Below, in pieces: positions 32,501 to 41,422 of a stretch of 64,000 nucleotides of DNA. How positions within the stretch are numbered: the first letter of the stretch is position 1; each line of letters opens with the position of its first letter. This DNA comes from an uncultured Planctomycetota bacterium (GTDB lineage: Bacteria; Planctomycetota; Planctomycetia; Isosphaerales; Isosphaeraceae): NCBI GenBank assembly GCA_963737655.1, contig CAVTTN010000002.1:3648001-3712000 (forward strand), given 5' to 3'. Under the pieces are notes generated by a model. It saw nothing but the letters and a program-made list of their open reading frames with translations. It did no database searches and had not been told where the DNA came from. Made by a program: the position numbers and the translations under genes.

Positions 32501-34886
32501 CACCTTCAACCCCGGCCAGACGGTGCAGACCATCTCGGTCACGGTGCTCCCGGGCACCACTCCGGGGCCGAACAAGCAGTTCAGCGTGCTCCTGAGCGGC
32601 CCGACGAACGCCTCGATCGCCGACGGGATGGCCGTCGGCACGATCGTGGTTCCCTACGTAATCCCGACCGTCTCGGTGAACGACACGACCACGACGACCG
32701 GCACCGTCGGCAGCGGCCACGTCGCCCTGTTCACGATCAACCTGAACCAGCCGAGCACCTTGCCGGTGACGGTCACGTACGTGACCCAGGACGGCACGGC
32801 GGTCTCGGGACGGGATTACTTGGCGACCCAGGGGACGCTCACGTTCGCCCCGGGCCAGACGGTCCAGACGGTCTCGGTCCCCGTGACCGGCTACAACACG
32901 CAACAGCCGACGAAGACGTTCTCACTCCTTTTGAGCGGCCCGTCGAACGCGACCCTGGGCAACGCCCGAGGGACCGCGACGATCACCAGCGACATCCTCC
33001 CGCCGTCGTTCTCGATCACCGACGCGACGATCACCGACCCCGATTCCGGCACGGTGAACCTGCCGTTCGTGGTCAGCCTCTCGGGCCCGAGCGGCCTGCC
33101 GGTCTCGGTCCAGTACAGCACGGCCGACCTCACCGCGATGGCCGGGGTGAACTACATCCCCCAGCAGGGCGTCCTGAACTTCGCCCCGGGCGTGACGACC
33201 CAGCAGATCCTCGTCCCGATCATCGGCAGCCTCCTGAACAAGGCGACCTTGCAGTTCACCCTGAACCTCTCGAACCCGGCGAACGCGACGATCGCCGACG
33301 CCCAGGCGATCGGCACCATCCTCGACACCCACCCGTTCCCCACGGTCACCATCGGCAACGCGACGGTGGCGAAGCCCCCCTCGGGCGCGGTCCTCGCCGG
33401 GTTCACCGTCACCCTGTCGTCGGCGAGCGAGCAGCCGGTCTCGGTCCACTACAGCACGGCCGACGGCACCGGGGTGGCGAACGTCGATTACGTGCCGACC
33501 AGCGGGACGCTCAACTTCGCCCCCGGCCAGACGACGATGACCATCCCGGTCGCCGTCCTCGGCTCGACGACCTACTCGGGCGACCGGACGTTCCTCGTCC
33601 AGCTCGATAGCCCGGTCCACGTGACGCTCGGCAACCTCCAGGGCGTGGGGACGATCAAGGAGACCAACCCGCTGCCGAACCTGGGCATCAACGACGTGAC
33701 GGTCACCGAGCCGGCCGCCGGGACGACCGACGCCCGGTTCTACGTCGCCCTGGATCGCACGAGCCGGATGGCCATCAGCGTGAACTACACGACGGCCAAC
33801 CTCTCCGCCCACTCGGGGACGGACTACGTCCCGGTCTCGGGCGTCCTCACCTTCAACCCGGGCGAGACCTACAAGACGATCGACGTCCCGGTGCTCGGCG
33901 GCCTCGCCGAGAAGGCCACGACCCAGTTCGCGGTCGTCCTCTCCAGCCCAGTAGACGCGAGCATCGGCCGAGGGGTGGGCCTGGGCACGATCGTCAGCGC
34001 GAATTCCACCGTGGTGACGACCACGAGCGATTCCGGCCCCGGCTCGCTCCGCCAGGCGATCCTGACCTCCAACGCCACCCCGGGCGTCGATACGATCTCG
34101 TTCGCGATCCCGGGGGGCGGCGTCCAGGTGATCGCGGTGGGGTCCGCCCTGCCCACGATCACCGACCCGGTGAACATCGACGGCCGGACCCAGCCGGGCT
34201 ACGGAGGCTCTCCGCTGATCATGCTCGACGGAGGAGGCTCCGGCGGGGCAGACGGGCTGAGGATCACCGCCGGCAACAGCTCGGTGATCGGCCTGGCGAT
34301 CGACGCCTTCGGTGGGGCCGGGATCGTCCTCTCCAACAAGGGCGGCAACCGCATCCTCGCCGACTACCTGGGCGTCGAGGCCGACGGCACCACCCTCCGA
34401 GGCAACCGGAACTACGGGGTCTACGTCTCCAACACCCCGAATAACGTGATCGGCGACGGCTCGACCGACGGCCGGAACATCATCTCCGGCAACGGGATCA
34501 GCGGCGTCCTGATCAGCGGCTCCGGGGCCTCCGGCAACCTCGTCGCGGGCGACTACGTCGGCACCAACGCCCAGGGCAACGGCGCCGTCCCCAACGGCCA
34601 GAACGGCGTGACGATCGCCAGCGCCCCCCTGAACAACGTGTCCGGCAACCTGATCTCGGGCAACGCCACCAACGGCGTGAAGATCTACGGTGTCGGCTCC
34701 ACGAGGAACCGGGTCCAGAGGAACGCCATCGGCACCAACGTGCCCAACGGCGGCTTCGGCATCCTCACCGATTACCTCGGCCCGAAGGACCACAACACCA
34801 CCTCGCCCAACACCTATGGCGGCAATGGCTTCGGGGCCCTGAGCAGCCGGGTGAAGACCCATCGCAAGGGCAAGCACCCGCTTTGA
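23518..34886 (+). CDS. Giant surface protein (about 3790 aa): LEPR-XLL-type leader, about 31 Calx-beta domains and a C-terminal right-handed beta-helix; frameshift near 29833
   Basis: 'FLESLESRTLLA'; repeated 'TADGTA.AG.DY...GTLTF.PG.T' Calx-beta motif; 'DSGPGSLRQAI' and 'NIISGN' beta-helix repeats. The repeat offset changes from 1673 to 1674 across the break, showing a 1-nt loss. Confidence 0.88.
29177..31343 (+). repeat. Near-identical internal duplication, 29177-29670 versus 30850-31343
   Basis: Base-by-base comparison: about 290 bp identical, a 7-codon synonymous patch, then about 180 bp identical. Confidence 0.9.
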
Positions 34887-35151
34887 TCCGAGTCGCCGCA
34901 CCAGGCCCATGCACCCCGGGACCGTCGCCTTGCCGGTCCCGGGGACTCTCCGGGATTCGCGGGCCGGAAGGCTCGATCGGGCCCGAGTCGAAGGCTCGTC
35001 GCGGTCGTGACGATCCGAGAGACCTCGATCCGCAGAAAAATCCCGCCGACTCGCCCCCCGCGGGCTAGATTGCAAGCGATCCCTCCACGAACCGGGACGC
35101 GCACGGCCGCGCGTCCGGGCCACGGATGTCGTCGTCGGAAAGGGCGCCGAG

Positions 35152-38100
35152 ATGAGCCGATACCCCGGGATTGGGACGCGTCCGGGCCGTCGCGACCGCC
35201 GAGGCTCGCGGCCGGGGATGGAGCCGATCGAGCCTCGCATCCTGATGTCGATCGCGGTGAGCGACCCCAAGGTCACGAACCTCGCCGGCACGAAGGCGGA
35301 GTTCGTCGTCACGCTCTCGGCCGCGAAGACCACGCCGGTCACCGTCGATTACTACACGGCCGACGGCACGGCCGTCGCCGGCCGCGACTACACCGCGACC
35401 ACCGGCACCGTCACCTTCGCCCCGGGCGAGACCGGCAAGCTCGTCGCGGTGCCGATCCTCAACAGCGGCCAGTACCAGCCCGACGAGACGTTCTCCCTGA
35501 ACCTGCTGAACCCGGTCGGCGACACGATCTCCGTCCCCCAGGCGCTGGCCACGATCCTCGACCAGAACTCCCCCCCGCAGGTCACCATCAGCGACTTCTC
35601 CGCGACCGAGCCGCTCGCCGGCTCGATCAACGCGACGACCAACGTGCAGCTCTCCTCCGCAAGCGGATTGCCCGTCACCGTCTCGTATTCGACCTCGGAT
35701 ATCTCGGCCGTCGCCGGGCAGGAGTACACGGCGACCTCGGGCACCCTCACGTTCGCGCCGGGCCAGACCTCGCTGCCGATCTCGATCCCGATCCTCGGCA
35801 AGTCCACGCCCGACGGCCAGAAGACCCTCGCCGTGAACCTGCTGAGCGCGACCGGCGCCACGATCGCGAGGTCCCAGGCGATCGGCACGCTGACCGACAG
35901 CGCCGCGCCGGTCGGCACCACGATCGACGACACGACCGTGACCCAGGGCACGACCTCGAACGTCAACGCCCTGTTCCCCGTCCACCTGGCCGCCGCGAGC
36001 AACCTGCCGGTGACCGTCCAGTACGCGACGGTGGACGGGTCGGCCAAGGCCGGGACGGACTACGTCGCCACGACCGGCACGCTGACCATCCCCGCCGGAT
36101 CGACGAGCACCAATATCTCGGTCCCCGTCCTGCCCTCGGCCACGTCCCAGCCGAACAAGCAATTCTCGGTCATGCTCTCGAACCCGACGAACACGACGCT
36201 GACCGACACCTCGGCCGTGGCCACGATCGTGAATCTCGTCCCCAAGCCGGGCTTGACCATCAGCGACGTCTCGGCCGTCGAGAGCAGCAAGGGGCCGACC
36301 TCCGCGCTCTTCACCGTCACGCTCTCGACCCCCAGCGGCGTGCCGGTCACGGTCAATTACAACACGCAGAACCTCACCGCCCTGGCCGGGACCGACTACA
36401 CCGCCACGACCGGCTCCCTGACGTTCAACCCCGGCCAGACCGTGCAGACGATCACGGTGCCGATCCTCGCCAACCCGAACGCGAAGCCGAACTCGCTGTT
36501 CGACGTCCAACTGACCGGGGCGCAGAACGCGGTGATCACCCGGGCCCAGGGCGTCGGCACGATCATCGACGGCGACGTCACGCCCACGATCGCCATCGGC
36601 GACGTGAGCGCCCTGGTCGGCGGCTCCGGCGCCACGACCACCGCGTTGTTCACGGTCTCGCTCTCCTCCGTCGGCACGCAGACCGTCACGGTGGGATACG
36701 CCACCCAGAACGGGTCGGCCCTGGCCGGCACCGACTACACGCCGGTCAGCGGATCGCTCACGTTCGCCCCGGGGCAGTCCGTGCAGACGATCAGCGTCCC
36801 CCTGATCGCCCAGAGTATTCCTCAGCCCACCAAGCAATTCTTCGTGAATCTGACCGGGCCGACCAACGCGACGGTGGGACTCGGCCGGGGGACCGCCACG
36901 ATCCTGAACGACGCCCCGGCGCCGACGGTCTCCGCCGCCTCGGCGGCGACCGTCACCGAACCCGAGGCCGGCTCCACGCTCGCCTCATTCCCCCTGACGC
37001 TCTCCGGCCCGAGCGGCCTGCCCGTGACCGTCAATTACGCGACGGCCGACATCACGGCCCACGCCGGGAGCGATTACACCGCCACCAGCGGGACCGCCAC
37101 GTTCCCCCCGGGAACCACGTCGCTCGTGGTGAACGTCCCGGTCGCCGCCCAGAACCTCAGCCTCCCCACGCAGACGTTCGCGCTGAACCTCTCTGCCGCG
37201 GCCAACGCGAATTTGGCGACCACCCAGGTCGTCGGCACCATCGAGAATGACGCGGCCTATCCCTCCGCGTCGATCGCCGATTCCTCGGTCGTCGCCACGA
37301 GCCCGAATTCGACGTTGGAGAGCTTCACCGTCACGCTGTCCGGGCCCAGCGGCCAGGCGGTGAGCGTCGATTACGCGACCGCCGACGGCACCGCCGTGGC
37401 CGGGACCGACTACGCCTCGACCTCGGGGACGCTGACCTTCAACCCCGGCCAGACGAGCCAGACCATCACCGTCCCGGTCCTGGCCGAGACCTCCTATCGC
37501 GGCAATCGCTCGTTCACGGTCTCCTTGAGCAACCCGGTGAACGTCGACCTCGGCCGGTCCGAGGCCACCGGGGCGATCGTCGAGGGGGGCGCGCTGCCGG
37601 CTCTGACGATCAACGACGTGGCGATCCAGGAGCCCGACCTCGGCACCTCCACCGCCGTGTTCACCGTCACCCTCGCGCCGTCGAGCGGCCTGACCACGAC
37701 CGTCGCCTACTCGACCGTCGATCTCTCCGCCGTGGCCGGGGTCAACTACACGGCGACCTCGGGCACGTTGACCTTCGCCCCGGGCCAGACGACCCAGACG
37801 ATCTCCGTGCCGATCCTCGACGACCTCAAGGTCGATCCGACCTTGCAGTTCGGCGTGGTCCTCTCGTCTCCCTCGAACGCGACCCTGGCGAGGACCGAAG
37901 GGGTCGGATCGATCCTGGACACCGATGCGCTGGTCGTCACGAATACCTCGGATTCGGGTTCGGGATCGCTCCGAGACGTGATCACCCGAGCGAATGCCCA
38001 TTCCGGGCCCGACACCATCACGTTCGCCATCCCGGGAATGGACGTTCACGTCATCAACGTCCGATCGGCGCTGCCCGCGATCACCGACCCGGTGACGATC

Positions 38101-38862
38101 GACGGCGAGAGCCAGCCGGGCTACACCGGGACGCCCCTGGTCGAGATCGACGGCGGGGGCGCGGGCACGGCCGTCGATGGCCTGGCGATCACCGGGGGCA
38201 ATTCGACGGTCCGGGGCCTCTCGATCGTCGGCTTCGGCGGCTCCGGGATCTCGATGACCGGGCTCGGCGGCAACACGATCCAGGCCGATTACCTCGGCCT
38301 CCTGCCCGACGGCTCGACCCCCCTGGGCAATCGCTATTACGGCGTCCTGGCCGACAACTCGCCGAACAACCTGATCGGCGGGACCACGGCCGAGGAACGC
38401 GACGTGATCTCGGGCAACGGGATCGGCGGCGTGTACCTCGGCTTCGCCGGGTCGTCGGGCAACGTGATCGAAGGGGATTATATCGGCACCGATGCCAGGG
38501 GGACCTCGGCCGTCCCGAACGCGATGGACGGCGTGTTCGTGGACAACGCCCCGAACAACTTCGTCGGAGGCCCCGGGGGCACGGCCGGCAACGTGATCTC
38601 CGGGAACGACTCCAACGGCGTCCACCTCTACGGCAAGGGTTCCACCCGCAACCGCGTCCAGGGCAACCTGATCGGGGTCGACGAGTCCGGCAACCACGCC
38701 CTGCCCAACCGCGGGTCGGGCATCCGGATCACCGTCGGAGGCCACCCCAAGAACCTCATCGGAGGCCGAGGGCCGCTCCGAAACGTGACCCGCGCCAACG
38801 GACTCGGGCCCACGAAGTTCATCCCCAAGCATCACGTGGCGAAACCGGTGAAGAAATCCTGA
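35152..38862 (+). CDS. Paralogous surface protein (1236 aa): LEPR-XLL-type leader, 8 Calx-beta domains and a beta-helix
   Basis: 'MEPIEPRILMS', Calx-beta repeats, 'DSGSGSLRDVI', 'NVISGN' repeats and a basic C-terminal tail. Confidence 0.88.
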   Translation: MSRYPGIGTRPGRRDRRGSRPGMEPIEPRILMSIAVSDPKVTNLAGTKAEFVVTLSAAKTTPVTVDYYTADGTAVAGRDYTATTGTVTFAPGETGKLVAVPILNSGQYQPDETFSLNLLNPVGDTISVPQALATILDQNSPPQVTISDFSATEPLAGSINATTNVQLSSASGLPVTVSYSTSDISAVAGQEYTATSGTLTFAPGQTSLPISIPILGKSTPDGQKTLAVNLLSATGATIARSQAIGTLTDSAAPVGTTIDDTTVTQGTTSNVNALFPVHLAAASNLPVTVQYATVDGSAKAGTDYVATTGTLTIPAGSTSTNISVPVLPSATSQPNKQFSVMLSNPTNTTLTDTSAVATIVNLVPKPGLTISDVSAVESSKGPTSALFTVTLSTPSGVPVTVNYNTQNLTALAGTDYTATTGSLTFNPGQTVQTITVPILANPNAKPNSLFDVQLTGAQNAVITRAQGVGTIIDGDVTPTIAIGDVSALVGGSGATTTALFTVSLSSVGTQTVTVGYATQNGSALAGTDYTPVSGSLTFAPGQSVQTISVPLIAQSIPQPTKQFFVNLTGPTNATVGLGRGTATILNDAPAPTVSAASAATVTEPEAGSTLASFPLTLSGPSGLPVTVNYATADITAHAGSDYTATSGTATFPPGTTSLVVNVPVAAQNLSLPTQTFALNLSAAANANLATTQVVGTIENDAAYPSASIADSSVVATSPNSTLESFTVTLSGPSGQAVSVDYATADGTAVAGTDYASTSGTLTFNPGQTSQTITVPVLAETSYRGNRSFTVSLSNPVNVDLGRSEATGAIVEGGALPALTINDVAIQEPDLGTSTAVFTVTLAPSSGLTTTVAYSTVDLSAVAGVNYTATSGTLTFAPGQTTQTISVPILDDLKVDPTLQFGVVLSSPSNATLARTEGVGSILDTDALVVTNTSDSGSGSLRDVITRANAHSGPDTITFAIPGMDVHVINVRSALPAITDPVTIDGESQPGYTGTPLVEIDGGGAGTAVDGLAITGGNSTVRGLSIVGFGGSGISMTGLGGNTIQADYLGLLPDGSTPLGNRYYGVLADNSPNNLIGGTTAEERDVISGNGIGGVYLGFAGSSGNVIEGDYIGTDARGTSAVPNAMDGVFVDNAPNNFVGGPGGTAGNVISGNDSNGVHLYGKGSTRNRVQGNLIGVDESGNHALPNRGSGIRITVGGHPKNLIGGRGPLRNVTRANGLGPTKFIPKHHVAKPVKKS

Positions 38863-39516
38863 TGTTTGCCCGAAAAATCGCCTGTTGATCCAGGTTCCTG
38901 TTGAGCATGACACACTCAACCATCCCATGCATGGGTTTCTCGACCGGTTGCATGGACGCAATCACCGTTCGCGGGCCGGGCCTCCGGCCTCTCGTCGTCG
39001 GCAGAAGTTGACGACACTTTTCGCGAAGTTGACAACACTCTTGCTCCCGAATCGCCGGATTCGCCTTGAATCCCAGGGGATTCCGCGTGGCAACGACTCG
39101 TGCGCACGGAAATCATCGCATTTTTGAATGCGTCAAGTCGCTCGATGCAACTCCCGTCCCGGTCGGTGTTTGTTCCCGGGTGCGCGCAACGCCGGATTCC
39201 CCGAAAGCGTCGAAAACCCGGACTCCCACGGGTCTCGCGATGCGCCATCGCTTGCACGTTCGAACAACTTTGCCGATCTGGACGCCACCGATGGCTCGGA
39301 TCGCCCCTCGGATCGAGTGATCGGGGGACGGGCCGGCGCCGATGATGTCGATCGTGGTCCTCGTCGGGACGGGGACGGTCGGCCGCATCGGGGGTCGTCG
39401 CACCTCATCGGGACAAAATACGTCGATATTTCACAATGGCGCACTCATCGACAAATAATGACTCGAAACGAACGTGCGGAACGTCCGACCGCCGACCTCC
39501 GGGAATCGGGCGTGCG

Positions 39517-39933
39517 TCAGTGGGACTCGCTCGGCGCGCCCCAGGTCGCGGACAGGGTCGCCTCGGCCCCGTCCCCCTCGATCTCGTAGACCAGCTCGCC
39601 GGCCAGTTGCGGCCCGAGCTGGAACGAGAGCGCGGCGTGCTTCCCGATCCGGTCCAGGTGGAATCGGACGAGGCCGAACTGGTAGTAATCGCCGCGGACC
39701 GGCCCCGCCACGTGATCTTCCCGGCGGAGGACCGAGGCGAGCCGAAACCCGTGATCGTCGAGCATCCAGACGTCCGTCAGGGGCCCCATGATCGCCGGAT
39801 GGTCCCAATCGGCCGAGGCGTGCTCCTCGACCCTCAGCGCGTCCGGGCGATGATCTCCCTCGATCTCGGCCCAGAGGGACGCAATCTCGGCGAGGATCAG
39901 GCGATACAGCGGATCGACCTTCCAGCGAGCCAT
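39517..39933 (-). CDS. Hypothetical protein (138 aa)
   Basis: ATG at 39933 preceded by GGGGTGGGA; globular-looking sequence. Confidence 0.55.
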   Translation of the reverse strand: MARWKVDPLYRLILAEIASLWAEIEGDHRPDALRVEEHASADWDHPAIMGPLTDVWMLDDHGFRLASVLRREDHVAGPVRGDYYQFGLVRFHLDRIGKHAALSFQLGPQLAGELVYEIEGDGAEATLSATWGAPSESH

Positions 39934-40116
39934 GTTTCCCACCCCCGACTCGCGGGCACGCCACCGGCCGGGCGCGATGCCCGCCCCATCCCTGGGACGT
40001 CGGCCCGGTCGTCGGCCCCCGGGGAGAGGGGCCGATTCCCGCGCCAACTTCATCCATTCTACGCCATGAATCGGCCGACGTGACGCGCCAAATCGAACCG
40101 AACGGATCGAAAACGA

Positions 40117-40374
40117 TCATCGCTCGGCGGAGGCCGCCATCAGGGCCGCCTGAAGGTCCTTCTCCGTCGGGTTCACGAGGGTGTCGTTATCGACGCGAAG
40201 CGTGGGCATGACCCGCTTCCCGCCGTTCAGGCCGGCGATGTAGTCGTTGTATTCAGGCTCCAGATCGACATCCTTGAACTCATACGGGACGTCATGTTCG
40301 TCGAGGTATCGGCGGGTCTTGAGCGTGTCCGAGCAGGTCATCGAGCCGTAGACGGTCACGTTGGGTTGCTTCAT
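40117..40374 (-). CDS. Glutaredoxin/NrdH/mycoredoxin-like protein with a CSDT active site
   Basis: 'VTVYGSMTCSDT...YEFKDVD...NGGKRVMPTL...LVNP'; GAGGA RBS. Confidence 0.8.
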   Translation of the reverse strand: MKQPNVTVYGSMTCSDTLKTRRYLDEHDVPYEFKDVDLEPEYNDYIAGLNGGKRVMPTLRVDNDTLVNPTEKDLQAALMAASAER

Positions 40375-40457
40375 GGGGTCCTCGGGGACGTGATGGTTTG
40401 CGACGGGCGCTCGTCGAGTGCCGGAGGGTGCAATCGGCGTTCCGACTCGCGGAAAGC

Positions 40458-40736
40458 TCAACGATTGATCCGCTGGGCATTCCCGGCCCGGCACGACAGG
40501 ATCCAGCGTTCTGCGGCCCTGACCTGGTCCTCCGGGGGAGGGATCAGGGTCGCGGAATGCGGGCGTCGGGCATCGTAACGACGAGCGTAGGCCATCAATT
40601 CGTCGAGGACTTCCTCGGGCAACTGCGAGAGGACCGCGTCGGGGTGCGAGGGATCGAGGATCTGCAAGCATTCGATCATGACCTGATACCCGGTCATCGC
40701 CCCGCTTTCATACATTTCGAGCCAATGCGGAATCAC
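40458..40736 (-). CDS. Small acidic hypothetical protein, candidate immunity protein
   Basis: GTG start overlaps the TGA of the upstream gene (GTGA); GGAGG upstream. Confidence 0.55.
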   Translation of the reverse strand: MIPHWLEMYESGAMTGYQVMIECLQILDPSHPDAVLSQLPEEVLDELMAYARRYDARRPHSATLIPPPEDQVRAAERWILSCRAGNAQRINR

Positions 40737-41203
40737 GTCGTCGCCTCCCTCATCCGTGCGACCAGTTCGTCGGCGTGGTCCCAGGCCTGCCAGTGGACAT
40801 TGCCGGGGTTCCTCGCGCTGGTTTCCGCCTCCCACTTCTCGATCGGCGCACCGTTCGCGAAAATCGCGCGGAGCCTGGCGAGCTCGAACATCTCATGGCC
40901 GAAGACGGCGACGATCGCCTCGTCGCTCGTCAAGATGTCCTTGCGGATCAGGAACGGGATCTTCCCGGTCTTCTTGTGGAAGAACCAGGACCAATCGATG
41001 ATGGTCCCTTCAAACTCCCGGAAAGTCGTGGTCTTCGCGGTGGTCGTGTCGTCCAGATAATCATATTCATCTACGCTGAAATGGACGTGGTCCGGGATGT
41101 CCACACCCCATCGCCTCGCGATTTCGCACGCTTCCTCGATCGTCCGACTCGCTCCATCCGGATTCGGCCGCCACTCGAATCGTGGTGCCGCCCCGGTGAT
41201 CAT
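40733..41203 (-). CDS. Hypothetical protein with an HExxE motif, resembling a stand-alone polymorphic-toxin C-terminal domain
   Basis: GGAGG RBS; 'SDEAIVAVFGHEMFE...GNVHWQAWD'; more AT-rich codons than the flanking genes. Confidence 0.6.
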   Translation of the reverse strand: MITGAAPRFEWRPNPDGASRTIEEACEIARRWGVDIPDHVHFSVDEYDYLDDTTTAKTTTFREFEGTIIDWSWFFHKKTGKIPFLIRKDILTSDEAIVAVFGHEMFELARLRAIFANGAPIEKWEAETSARNPGNVHWQAWDHADELVARMREATT

Positions 41204-41422
41204 GATCGCCTCCACGGACCGACCGAGCAGGGACCGCGATTCCAGCGCGGTTCGGAGCGCAGCTAAGGTTGGCCTCCTTGCCAGAATATCCTATCCCACC
41301 AAATCCTTCATCCTGGGTCGAGATTGGCATCCGAATTGTTCGAGCCAGATCGGAACAAAGACCATCGAAATCGAACCCCTGAAAACGTCCGGCCTGGAAG
41401 GGCGTCGGCCCTGAGCAGGCGC

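Noticed and set aside
23518..38862. Frequent N-x-S/T sequons in the adhesins as evidence of N-glycosylation
   Set aside because: 'NATI' is part of the ordinary Calx-beta consensus, and no glycosylation genes are in the window.
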